Positions 25,707 to 38,900 of a stretch of 64,000 nucleotides of DNA are shown here, piece by piece. The position numbers and the translations under genes are program-made. This DNA comes from Macrostomum lignano. Taxonomy: Eukaryota. The stretch lies in NCBI GenBank assembly GCA_002269645.1, contig NIVC01001335.1, positions 175,087-239,086 on the forward strand, read 5' to 3'. Within the stretch, counting starts at the first letter, position 1, and every line of letters starts with the position of its first letter. The notes below the pieces were generated by a model that was not told the origin of the DNA, did no database searches, and saw only the letters and a program-made list of their open reading frames with translations.

Positions 25707-25824
25707 GTAAGTAGGTAGGCCTATTAAGCCCTTTATTAACCCCTATTAAGGAAATAGCTAAAAAAAGAAAGAATCACCATGTCAACCATAAAAGAAGCGC
25801 TCTGTTGAACATAAAATACTCATT

Positions 25825-26420
25825 GGGAATTGCTAAGATGTCAAGGCTCATGTCTCATGATAGACATTCTTAGATGTCGTGTCAAGGCTCAAATTGCTTT
25901 GATGTTAAGGTTCATTAGGGAAATTGCTAAGATATCAAGGCTCATTAAAAATGCTTTGCTGTCAGTGTCAAGCCTCATGGAGATAATTACTGGAATGCTG
26001 TGGCTGTTGGGGGAATTGCCAACATTGTTAGGGTAAACCATAAATGAATTTGCGTTTCAAACATAAATTAATTGGGGAATTACTAAGATGTCAAGGCTCA
26101 TGGGGGAATCTGAATTATACTGTGGCTCAATGCTCAGGGGGAATTGTTGTGATTGCAACACATAGGGATATTGCCAAAATTTTGTCGCTCAAAAAGGAGT
26201 TGCTGAGATATCATGGCTCATTGGGGAATCGCTGAGATGTCAAAGCTAACGCGGATCCCTGTAATGCTGTAGGCTGTGACTCTTGGGTTATTGCTGAGAT
26301 GCTAAGGTTCACAGGGAAATGGCTGAGATTTCAAAGGCTCCTAAAAGAATAGCTGGAATTCACGAAATGTCAAGGTTAATTGGGTATTTGTTAAAATGCT
26401 CTGGTTCATAACTTCATGGT
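25825..26420. repeat. Old, degenerate tandem repeat (GGAATTGCTAAGATGTCAAGGCTCAT-like)
   Basis: Recurrent TGCT.AGAT.TCAAGGCTCA motif. Confidence 0.6.
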
Positions 26421-27679
26421 GAGAATTGCTGAAAGTGAAATGCTGTGACTTGGCAGGGTAGGGTTCAATCATAAGACATCATAAGTGCCAAAATGCCAAG
26501 ATAACATAGGTTAGTGCCGAAGTTAGTCGCTAAATTTTCAGGCTCATGGGCTCATTTTCAGGCTCAAATAAAAATAGCATTGCTTTACTCGTTAAGAACT
26601 TGTCTGCTACATCCTAATATTGTTATACCAATATCTTCACGATAAAATAATTAATATCAACTTTTAAACATGTATCGAAATAAGAATGACGTCCATAACC
26701 AGAGACCCAAGTACAGAACTGATCTGATCTAGCTTCTCTTTTATTGGCCAGACTTGAGAATTGAAAGAAAAGCTGTCACTTCTGCTCCTATTTCAGAAGT
26801 GATCTGGTTTGTCAGCTCAATTTGTTGATTGATTGCAGCCAATCTACACAAGGCCGATGTTACGTGTGATGAGAAAGGACGTGCAGACAAGAACTGGTGT
26901 GACACTCACAAAACATGGAAATACAGTTTATATTTATTTATTCATTATCTAAATGCATGTCCATATCTCCAGATCGGTTGCAGGTACGTATTCGAATACA
27001 TGTAGGTTAAAAGTTTCACCAGATTGTTCAAAATTTCAATTTCTTTTAAGTGAAGCAGTATGATTTACAGTTTTCATATACTAGGCGCAAGAAAAATGTG
27101 TAATAAATGATGCCCTATATTTTGTGCGTTTCAAAAATTATTGATGTACTTTAAAGCAGTGAAACAACTTCAGGCATACATGTGTGTGCATGTATGGTTC
27201 ATAGTTTGTTGCATATCGAAAGTTTGTTGCATATCGAATTTGTTTTCAAATTCAAAGATTCAAGCAGTTCAAGGATCTGCAAAATTCTCGACACTCATGA
27301 CATAAGTCATATATGTATACCTGTGGCATTGTGCACGTGCATCACGAGGTCTAATTAAATTTTGTGTAGCATATGAAAATGTTTAGAAAATGCTGAAGAC
27401 ATTAAAACATTAGAAAAACATTACGTTTTAATATATAACAGAAAACGCTTCCTGCTACCATATGAGTTGTATGACATATAGCTATTCTTTTTAACAGAAG
27501 CAAAAAAAATCAACTGAAATCCTACTACTAGTAGTCTCTTACGAAGGAAATTAAGAACTCATCTAAGATCGTGTAGCTCAATACACTATGTACTTTTCAA
27601 AGCTCAGTACACATTGACAAGTAGTATAAAAAGTAAGTTACCGAACTACCGTGCATCGTGTCCTTCAGCTTGAAAATAA

Positions 27680-28163
27680 TTATTCGGGTGAAACCTCGTA
27701 CACGCTATTGAAATTTTCCCCGCCGCAGTGCTCATCCATGCTACCGGAGCACACCTGGCCGCAGTCCCTCTCCGTGCCCTGGCCGTGTTTGCCGAACGAG
27801 TTGCCGCACCAACATTCATCTCCCTGTATGCCCATGTAGGTTGTTGCCAACGGGGTGCACAACTTTTGGCACTGCTCAGCGTCCATTCTGTTAATTCGTA
27901 GGCCGCCGTATTCAGTAAAGTCACGGTTGAGCACCTCGTCCTTGAAGCAGCCGATGAGCTTTGGCTTCGGCACTACGATAGCTTTTTTTACTGTGGCTAC
28001 AATTTTGTTGGTAGGGAGTTGCGGATAGAAAATTAACTGATTCCAGCAAATGTAGGAACGAGTAGAGGAGGTCTAGCTACAACTCACAGGTGCAACAATC
28101 GCCAGCAGAAAATAAAACCGCAAAGCACACACAAACTGCGATGACGACGGCTCGAGTCACCAT
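27680..28163 (-). CDS. Small secreted WSC-domain protein. Exons: 28088-28163, 27680-27996
   Basis: Signal peptide MVTRAVVIAVCVCFAVLFSAG; phase-1 91-bp intron; WSC pattern GCF.D...C.K.C......G......C.CG.......C...C.G.....CGG. Confidence 0.88.
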
Positions 28164-28401
28164 TAGAATAGCTGTAGCTTGCAAGTCGGAGACAGAGGCG
28201 GATTGTGAAAGTATTGGTGGGTAGAAAATATTCAACTTTTTTCTGAATTTTCATTTCAATCCATCTACTAAAATTTATGCTAAATTTTCCATTGCAGATA
28301 TGACTTCATTAAAGACCATAGACAAATTTGTCGAATCGAATTTCATGCTCATAAAAATACGAGTAAGTACATTTTAGCTAATTTAGCTGATAACATATTA
28401 T

Positions 28402-29125
28402 AGCCCATTTGGGCTTACGCGCATTTAATTTAATCCAAGATACGTTTGCCAATGTAACGGAGCTTTTGTCTATGGTAGCAAGGCTGGCTCAGCGGCATTT
28501 AATTTGGTCCAACAAGCATCCATTTGGTCCAAACACTCGTGAGCCATTGGACAAACTCTTGCCTTCTCTCAACCGTCTGCAGGTTGTTGCGCACCGCTGG
28601 AATGTCAGCGTCTCTACCAAAAATTTTCAGTTGCTTTTCCAGAGCTCTGCTGATAGTCGAAATCTGATAACCAACTGGAGCTGTTCCCTCAACTTCTGAT
28701 GTATTTCGGAAACGTCAACAAAGGGTTCGTCTCCACTGCATCGAGTAGCAGTTGGACCTGAGGCTCTCGAGCAACTTTCCTTGGCGATTGCCACCCTTTT
28801 GCAGGCAATCTCTGCCGGCAGAGTTTCAACGCGCTGCTGGATGCTGTAAACCACCTTTTCTTTTACATTCAGCAACCTTGCAATGTCCTTTGGGTGTTCA
28901 CCTCCGTCGAGTGCTTCGATCACAAGCCAATGACATTCGTTCAACAGCCTAGCATATGGTCCACAATTCTGGGACTGAGCTGCAAATGAACTAAATGGAC
29001 CAAATTGATGCTTGTTGGACCAAATTAAATGCCGCTGTGCCAGCCTTGCTACCATAGACAAAAGCTCCATTACTTTGACAAACATATCTTGGATTAAATT
29101 CAATGCGCGTAAGCCCAAATGGGCT
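28402..29125 (-). mobile_element. Internally deleted Tc1/mariner-IS630-like DNA transposon
   Basis: ~128-bp TIRs (28402-28530 and 28997-29125) with about 7 mismatches and internal ATTTGGTCCA direct repeats. The interior encodes an HTH-like segment (VIEALDGGEHPKDIARLLNVKEKVVYSI) and an RNNLQTVERRQEFVQW segment, but no DDE core. Confidence 0.8.
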
Positions 29126-29764
29126 GCAAAAAGCTATAGCTAACTTGTTGAAAAGAATTTACAGGTGCAAATCAAAATCAGCTAGTTTAAAAGGTTCGTG
29201 TTAATATCAGCGTAATAAAGCGTTAGGGACCGACCTGTTGTGTCTGGCTCATGGATGCGAGTAGCTTGAAATCTCTATTGCTATTTATTACCTGAGAGAA
29301 AGGTTAATGCAATTGTTACACACCTGTTGTGACTTAGCGGTTTCAGGGGTGTCCTCAGGGGTCAAGGGAAATGGACAAAACTGCGTGCTTTCTGGCAGCA
29401 TCGTAAAACTACATGCAACAACCCCATTAGTACAGTAATACATTTACACTTACATTAAACGGTCAAAACTTTTATTTACACTAGATTTCTGTAATTTGAC
29501 TCCGCAGTTGGTTTTAGAACTGACGCATACCAGTTATTATTTCAGCTAAATTTCAAAGTTGACCATCGCAGTGTTATCTTTAACTGTACTCGAAGGAAGC
29601 GAATGGCGGACCAGGAGGACCAGTTTTAGCGCAAACTGGCCAAATTAAAGCGCATTCAGAACTTCAGATTATTTATTTGAAAGTGGCACTTGCTATTAAG
29701 TGTTCCTGTGCAGACACAGTTTATGCAGATATTTTTCTGACCCCAATCTGACGGCCAAGAAACC

Positions 29765-32092
29765 ATGGGGTTGCAAAGAGTCACACCGAAACTGTTCTTG
29801 ATGCTGGCTTTATTCGCGTTTCTAGCCGTTGTCTCCGCGGTGCCATCGACGGATCAGTCTGTGACAGAAGAGGCTAACAACAGTTCTCAGCTGCCGCTCT
29901 GTCGAGAGCAATCGCGCAATCATGAACCAGCAACAAGCGTATGCCAAGCGTCAGCCTGTGTTGCACTGTCTGCCGCTGTTTCTAGCAAGATGAATTTCAG
30001 CGCAAATCCATGCGTTGACTTTTACAACTACGCATGCGGCAACTTTCCAGTGAACTACAAATACGACCCCGATGAGGTTTTCAAGTCATTAAAGCAAACT
30101 GGCCCGACCTTCTACCAGAACTCCTACTCTGTGATGCGAAATCAACTACGCAGCAATCTGTTCGAAGTGCTGATGCTGGACTGGGTAGTCAACAGCACGG
30201 ATCCGAAAGTTAGAGACTTGTACAACCTTACAAGGATGCTTTTTCGCAGTTGCACCAAATGGATGCGCTACAGATCCATGAAAAATGACACTGTTGCGGC
30301 TCAGCGTTTCTTCTCTAGCCTTCTTAAGCATCTTGTTGAAGCCATCAGTCCAAGACGGTATAATCGGACAATAGAATCAATCCTAGCCCGCATTGTGAAT
30401 ACGGATGTCCATACCATGTTTGATGTCCGCGTGCCCTCATCATACATTCGGGAGCTGAAGCGAGGCGACAGCAATAAGCTAAGAAAGGCTAGCAGAGTGG
30501 TTATTTCGGCAAGTACAAAGCTCTACCACTCAATGTCCAATTTCGAGCCCATATTAACATTTTTCAGTTCTATTGGCGGAGCGACTGTTCTGACCATCGC
30601 TAACGAGAGTTCCAGTTTCAGTCGAGTTCTAAAACAGATCCAGCAGTCCGAACGATACGCTAATTGGTCGGATGGCTGCAGCAAGCTTGCCAAGCAACAG
30701 CAGCACAAGATCCGTGATCTAGATACGCTTAGTCAATGTGCAAACCCAGCCGATCCATTTTCGTGGAGCCTATTCTTTGACGAGCTGCTTCAGTCTGACT
30801 ACGACCCCAATGCCTTGGTGGAGCTGGAGAATCCAAAGCGAGTAATTAACTTTTTGACGTACTTCAAAAAGAAATCAACATATTCAGCCAGTAGAAAGCT
30901 CTCCATCTACCAAAGCTTTCTTGTTGTTGACTGGCTGCTAAGTTTTGCGAGGTTCCTACCCATGCGTTTAGAGCGCATGTGGACTGAGTCCCCCCTGAGA
31001 GAAGATGTGATGGATAAAGCAGTGGGGGGACCGGTAGATGCATGCATGAAGCGCACTAAAGACTTGCTGTCTCCAGTAGTTGAGCGAATGTATCAGAAGG
31101 CCTACCATGCAGAGAACTTTGAGCATGTGCAGAATTTGATCGACCTCCTGGAGAATGCAACAGTTAACAGCGTGCTTAATCAGGACTGGATAGAGCCGGA
31201 TACAAAGGATCTTATTATTGAAAAGCTTCTGTCGCTCAAGCACACAATAGGGTTTGAGGTCTTGTCAGCCGACCAACTTTCTGCGTACTATTCGCCTGCT
31301 ATTAATTCCTTTCGAAAAGGCCGATATTCGAAAGTCTCAGTGGATAAGGATTTTGGCAGGTTGTTCTCCATTGCGCTCTGGGCATCAGCACGAAAAAAGT
31401 TCGGCGTGCTATCGACGGAAAACAGCTCGGCTACCACAGCCTTTCTCACTTTAAGTGGCCTTACAACTAATGCGTACAACTACATGCGGCGCAACGAGAT
31501 CGTGTTTCCCATGGGAATACTGTCGCCTCCGATGTACCATAGGGACTATCCTGACTACATGAACCTGGGCGGCCTGGGATTGGTTGTTGGTCATGAAATC
31601 GGTCACGCATTCGACATCAAAGGCCGCCAGCTCAGCAAGGAGGGCATCCATGGTAACCACTGGGACAACCGGACCACCGAGGAGTACCTGCGCCGGGTCG
31701 AATGCGTGCGCTCTCGATACGGCTCCTATGAGCTGGTGCCCGGCGTACCGCACGGCTCCAATACGACTCTGGGCAATGACATCGCTGATCTCCTTGGTCT
31801 GAACGCAGCTTTTGGTGCCATGCAATTACAGGGCGAGACTGGTCGCCGGTGGCAGCTGCCGAACCTGCCATCTGAACTGACGCCCGAGCGACTGTTCTTC
31901 GTTCAAGTGGCGCAGGCCTGGTGCACAAAGGCCGAGCCAGCGGCTCTAAAGCGGCGCTTCAAGAACATCAAGCACAGCCCGCCGCATCTGCGCGTTCGCG
32001 GAATGATGGAGAATAGCAAAGGATTTGCCCAAGTCTTCCAGTGCGGAGTCCGGCAGCCGATGAACCCGAGTGAAAAGTGCTCGTTTTGGTAA
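29765..32092 (+). CDS. Intronless M13 (neprilysin/ECE-like) zinc metallopeptidase with N-terminal signal peptide
   Basis: NPCVDFYNYACG, HEIGH, FFVQVAQAWC, HSPPHLR, C-terminal PMNPSEKCSFW. Confidence 0.95.
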   Translation: MGLQRVTPKLFLMLALFAFLAVVSAVPSTDQSVTEEANNSSQLPLCREQSRNHEPATSVCQASACVALSAAVSSKMNFSANPCVDFYNYACGNFPVNYKYDPDEVFKSLKQTGPTFYQNSYSVMRNQLRSNLFEVLMLDWVVNSTDPKVRDLYNLTRMLFRSCTKWMRYRSMKNDTVAAQRFFSSLLKHLVEAISPRRYNRTIESILARIVNTDVHTMFDVRVPSSYIRELKRGDSNKLRKASRVVISASTKLYHSMSNFEPILTFFSSIGGATVLTIANESSSFSRVLKQIQQSERYANWSDGCSKLAKQQQHKIRDLDTLSQCANPADPFSWSLFFDELLQSDYDPNALVELENPKRVINFLTYFKKKSTYSASRKLSIYQSFLVVDWLLSFARFLPMRLERMWTESPLREDVMDKAVGGPVDACMKRTKDLLSPVVERMYQKAYHAENFEHVQNLIDLLENATVNSVLNQDWIEPDTKDLIIEKLLSLKHTIGFEVLSADQLSAYYSPAINSFRKGRYSKVSVDKDFGRLFSIALWASARKKFGVLSTENSSATTAFLTLSGLTTNAYNYMRRNEIVFPMGILSPPMYHRDYPDYMNLGGLGLVVGHEIGHAFDIKGRQLSKEGIHGNHWDNRTTEEYLRRVECVRSRYGSYELVPGVPHGSNTTLGNDIADLLGLNAAFGAMQLQGETGRRWQLPNLPSELTPERLFFVQVAQAWCTKAEPAALKRRFKNIKHSPPHLRVRGMMENSKGFAQVFQCGVRQPMNPSEKCSFW

Positions 32093-32492
32093 AAGTCTGC
32101 TAAAATTCTACTGACAAAATCGAGTGAAGTTTTCAGAGCTGCAATTGTATAACTGTGGCATATGAACTTTGGCCTAACGATTTTCCGAAAATTGATGAAA
32201 CTACCTATGCGTAAAAGTATTCTTTCAATAAAACAGCTCGTAAATTCAATATTGTCTTGATTTCATTTTCATAGTTTCTAACGAATGAAAACACAGTTTT
32301 ACAAACAGTTGGAAAATTGCACTGATTAGGACGAAGTTTTATTTAATTATGAATGGTAAATGCTAAAATTGATGCAGGATGGCTGAAAACGCCGGCATCT
32401 GAGTTTTGTTAGGAATATGTGGAGGCCTATTACAATTGCAACGAAAAGTCAAAAAAAGCAACGGAAGTCTCGATTGCTTCTTATATTCCGAA

Positions 32493-33715
<1,223 letters not shown>

Positions 33716-35992
33716 ACAGATTTACATTCAGTGATGCAGTAAAACTAATTGGCTAAACACAAATTCGATCGATCGTCGATCGAAACTTAGGAAAAAATTC
33801 AACTCAAACTATTAGTTATAATGCATGCTTAATCATTTTCAACTTAACCAACCACAGTCAACCAGCTTAAACTATTTTCACATTTAGCTGTCTGTGCCAT
33901 ACTTTTCGTTGTAAAGGAAATCTATTGCAGATTTTGAAATCATTTTAAATTATACACTGTTGTATCAAAAGTGTCTAGATAGCTTTATTGTAATTTCGGT
34001 AATTTTTGGTAATCTTAACCAAAAAGCATTAAATAAGTTGCAGTTTTTGTTTTAGCTGTAAAAGTTTTTCGTGCCATATTTCAATTAATGGTCAGAGTAG
34101 TATATACTACTATAATAATATTGGATTTTTTAAAATTATATCAATATGCTTTTTAATTTTATAAAAAATAAAAATAAGAAACTTTCCTAAAGTTTAAACC
34201 AAAAAGGCCTAAAAACTTTTCTGGGCTTTTTAAAGATAGAAATGTTAGTGAAAAATTAGCATTTTAAGCCTAAACCCTCATTGAGCTTTTAAATATAAGA
34301 CCAAGAATAAAGAAAGGAAACCAAAAGTTATAAGAAACTTTAAAAAGTTACTAAAAAAGAAATAATCATTGTATTAATTATTACTAGTTTACTAGTTTAC
34401 TATTTACTAGTTTACTATTATTATTACTAATAATTACTAGAATATATCATTATCAGAAGCTTGCATTTCATTTTGTTTGCATACAGTTATATTTTTATTA
34501 AAGCTGCTTGATACATATAACTAATAATAACTACAAAACAAAATAGCTTTATTGTTTATTGTATGATATCAAACTGCAAACTACTATATTTTCAGCTCAT
34601 GGTGATTTAATTGCATAAACAAAAGCTGCAATGTATAGCTACTACACGTTGGTAGTTTGAATATGTTATGCACAATATCAGTATTAAGACTCCAATGTTG
34701 TTTATATTTATTAAATTATTAATAGTTAATATATTACAGTACAATTAGGATAGTACTAATTTTTGTATGTAAGATAATATAATATCAAGCGTCAATAGAA
34801 TAAATAGTACGAGTAAGTAAGTTTTGTATGTGAAAGTTTACAGTTACTCGCAGATAACGATAAGTAAAGCAAAGCAAAGAAATCGCGCATTTCTAAACTC
34901 CAGGAGTCCTGGTTAACCCTAAGCAGCTAGCACGTGCGCTAAATGTAAACCTCGAATCGAAAATGCAGAAAATAATTTGAAATTCGCGTTCTATCCTTTT
35001 CGCGGAACTATCTAAAACAAAACATATACTCCTTATAATTGAAAAAAGCAGATAACGTCAAAATTATAGCTTTTTAATTAAGCGGCTTATGAAATTTATA
35101 GTTTATATTTCCGTAAAATGTGCAAAGTCGTTAAAAAGACTGGCTTCTTCGCCATGACTTGTAGATTGCTTTGATAACAATGCCAAATTGGCCGTCTCGA
35201 ATTTAGCACCCGTATATACACGTTAGGCGGTATAGAACACGGCAAAAACCGCCTATAAAGCGGTCCGTGTCATGCTATATGATACGGTAGCATGCTATTG
35301 ATTGCCTTTTGTATGCGCACTTAGGCCCCAAAATGGCACCTTTTGGGGCCTAGCAAAATTTGGGGCTTTTGGGCCTTTTGGGGCTTTGCTGTTGTCTATA
35401 CGGCTGAATTTAGGCTAAGGTTTACACCGATATCAAGTAAATGTAAGCTATTAGATCACCCGACAGATGAAAAACATGACAGGAAAGTATAGAACTCGTA
35501 TTTTAACTGAAAAAATAGGAATCATAGGAAAACAGCTAGTGTAAACGTGAAATGTATTATTTTGTTGTGTACGAGCGTAATTACGTGCATTAGCGCTCAC
35601 TCGCCTCAGTTCCAAAGGAGTCACGGTTGCTGATGCTGCTGGAATCATGCCGGTAAGGTATGTGCATAATTAGTGCGATTATCTTCTCATGATTCTGTCG
35701 TTCTGAAATTGCACTGCGAGTACCTGCGGCCTGTTTTTTACCCTTAAGTATATCATTTGCTTTGTTTTGCCAATTTATTTTTTTAGTCAAAATGTCACCT
35801 TTGATACAGGTATTTTACACGCAAGTACATTTTAATTTCATTGTTGAGTTCGCTAAAATGTTTTTGGAGTTGTGTAAATTTATTTCCACATGCGGTTGAG
35901 ATCATACGAAAGTTTAGATTTCCAAATTCCGAGTAAGGGTAGAAGAATAAAACCGTTCGTTTAGAAATTATCTTTGTCAGTTTTAATAGCCG

Positions 35993-38900
35993 TCATTTCA
36001 TGACCACACCGCCAATGATGCCGCCTACAATGCAGATAAGCACGACCAACAGGCAGACCAGTAGAATGATCTTTTTCTGCAATCGGGGGTTGATAAATGC
36101 ACGTAATAACTAGTGAATGCACATGCCAACCATGCAGAAGTTTTCAGTTCAATCACCTTTCGAGCCTTGCTCTGATATTTGACGGCCTTTTTAGTGTCTC
36201 TCTTGGCAGCCTCGACATAGTCAACAGCCTGCTGCACGTTGTACTCGATCCGATCAACCATTTCACCCTGGCATGCATAAGAGGTCGTTGAATTTTTAAA
36301 GCAGATCAAATAAAATTCAAATAAACCTCATACCTGGCTCTCTACAAGCATGGCCATGTCTAGAAACATGTCGTGCAGCTCTTTGATGCTCTTTTCCAGT
36401 TTTATGATATCCTCGTGTCGGGCCTCAATGTCTGCCAGGGACTGCTTGGCCTGTTGAGTGTCGGTCATGATCTGCGGAAATAAAAAATAGTCTTATGTTT
36501 GGTTTGTAACCTTCGGGTTAGTTGGTAACCTTCGTATTTGATAACCTGGTTTATTGGTGACCTAGTTGAAAGCATTCTGGTAAGTTGGTAACCTGGTTAG
36601 TAACTTTCTGGTTGATAAACTTCTGGTTGGCGACTTTCTTGTTAGTGACTTTCTGGTTGGTGACTTTCTTGTTAGTGACTTTCTGGTTGGTGACTTTCTA
36701 GTTGGTGACTTTCTGGTTGGCGACTTTCTTGTTAGTGACTTTCTGGTTGGTGACTTTCTTGTTAGTGACTTTCTGGTTGGTGACTTTCTAGTTGGTGACT
36801 TTCTTGTTAGTGACTTTCTTGTTAATGACTTTCTGGTTGGTGACTTTCTTGTTAGTGACTTTCTGGTTGGTGACTTTCTTGTTAGTGACTTTCTGGTTGG
36901 TGACTTTCTTGTTAGTGACTTTCTTGTTAGTGACTTTCTTGTTAATGACTTTCTGGTTGGTGACTTTCTTGTTAGTGACTTTCTGGTTGGTGACTTTCTT
37001 GTTAGTGACTTTCTGGTTGGTGACTTTCTTGTTAGTGACTTTCTGGTTGGTGACTTTCTAGTTGGTGACTTTCTGGTTGGTGACTTTCTAGTTGGTGACT
37101 TTCTGTTTGGTGCTTTCTGTTTGGTGACCTTCTGGTTGGGGATCTTCTGGTTGGCAACCCTTGATTCGTCAAATTCAATCTGGTATCCGCCCTTGTTGGA
37201 ATCCATCCTAGATGTTACATCCGTTCTACATGTAAATGTTCTCAGTACACTTACTGCTGGTATCTATCCTAGCTGGTACATCCCCTAGCTGCTAACATCC
37301 CTAGCTGGTATACCTGGCTGCTCTCTTACCAGCAACCATCCTAGAGGCCAAAGTGCAACTTACTCCCTGGGTGAAGATGGCGAGGTTGCCGGATTCAATC
37401 ATTTCTTCCAGTTCAGCATCGGTTGTTTGCCGACCGGCTAAAATGGAAAAATATGAAGCGTTCTTTAATCTACTTTAAGTAAGAGTGGATGAATATTGAA
37501 CATTTTTTTGCTTTAATTTGCAGAAGCACTCTAATAATAGTTTACAAATATAGCATGTTCGAAGCAGAAAAAAGACAGACGAGCGGAAACATTTTCTTTT
37601 ATACCAGAAGAACGGGCCACAAGCAGCGGAAATAGCAAATATTTCTTCTAGCAGCAGAAATGAATTCTCAAAAAATTTTTCAAGCTCTGTAGTTCGCGAG
37701 CACTCAGTATTGTTGAAAAATGGCTGGGCGGCGCCTGTTAACAACAGAATGTGCTGCTCCAAAGCCACAAAAAGACATAAAAATAACAAAGCACCGTGCA
37801 ATGCAACAAACAATCAAGATTCGAGCGGGCACAAGCCTGAATGCTTCTCAAGCTCAAAGACACGAGCTCGCATAGCAGCTTTCTTACTGAGCGCTAAATG
37901 GCGAGAAATCTTCGCCTTGCAGCCCTGCCTGAAGGCGATCTGGCAGGCGTTGTAGCGGCTGATGGCGTCCACAAATTTGCGGGACAGCGTCAGGTGCTGG
38001 AATTGCGGTGGGTGCGGGCCGCGCTGCTCTGACTGACGGCTTCACTAGAGAAAGCTCTGCATGTCGGTAAGATCTGAGGGAGCTAAGGGAGAGATCTAAT
38101 GGTGAGAGATCTGATGCAGAGAGATCTGATGCAGAGAGATCTGATGCAGAGAGATCTGATGCAGAGAGATCTGATGCAGAGAGATCTGATGCAGAGAGAT
38201 CTGATGCAGAGAGATCTGATGCAGAGAGATCTGATGCAGAGAGATCTGATGCAGAGAGATCTGATGCAGAGAGATCTGATGCAGAGAGATCTGATGCAGA
38301 GAGATCTGATGCAGAGAGATCTGATGCAGAGAGATCTGATGCAGAGAGATCTGATGCAGAGGATCTGATGCAGAGAGATCTGATGCAGAGAGATCTGATG
38401 CAGAGAGATCTGATGCAGAGAGATCTGATGCAGAGAGATCTGATGCAGAGAGATCTGATGCAGAGAGATCTGATGCAGAGAGATCTGATGCAGAGAGATC
38501 TGATGCAGAGATCTGATGCAGAGAGATCTGATGCAGAGAGATCTGATGCAGAGAGATCTGATGCAGAGAGATCTGATGCAGAGAGATCTGATGCAGAGAG
38601 ATCTGATGCAGAGAGATCTGATGCAGAGAGATCTGATGCAGAGAGATCTGATGCAGAGAGATCTGATTCAGAGAGATCTGATGCAGAGAGATCTGATGCA
38701 GAGAGATCTGATGCAGAGAGATCTGATGCAGAGAGATCTGATGCAGAGAGATCTGATGCAGAGAGATCTGATGCAGAGAGATCTGATGCAGAGAGATCTG
38801 ATGCAGAGAGATCTGATGCAGAGAGATCTGATGCAGAGAGATCTGATGCAGAGAGATCTGATGCAGAGAGATCTGATGCAGAGAGATCTGATGCAGAGAG

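Noticed and set aside
35322-35352. 12-bp hairpin TAGGCCCCAAAA...TTTTGGGGCCTA ending in CTAG (Helitron 3' end?)
   Set aside because: No matching 5' TC end or other copy in the window.
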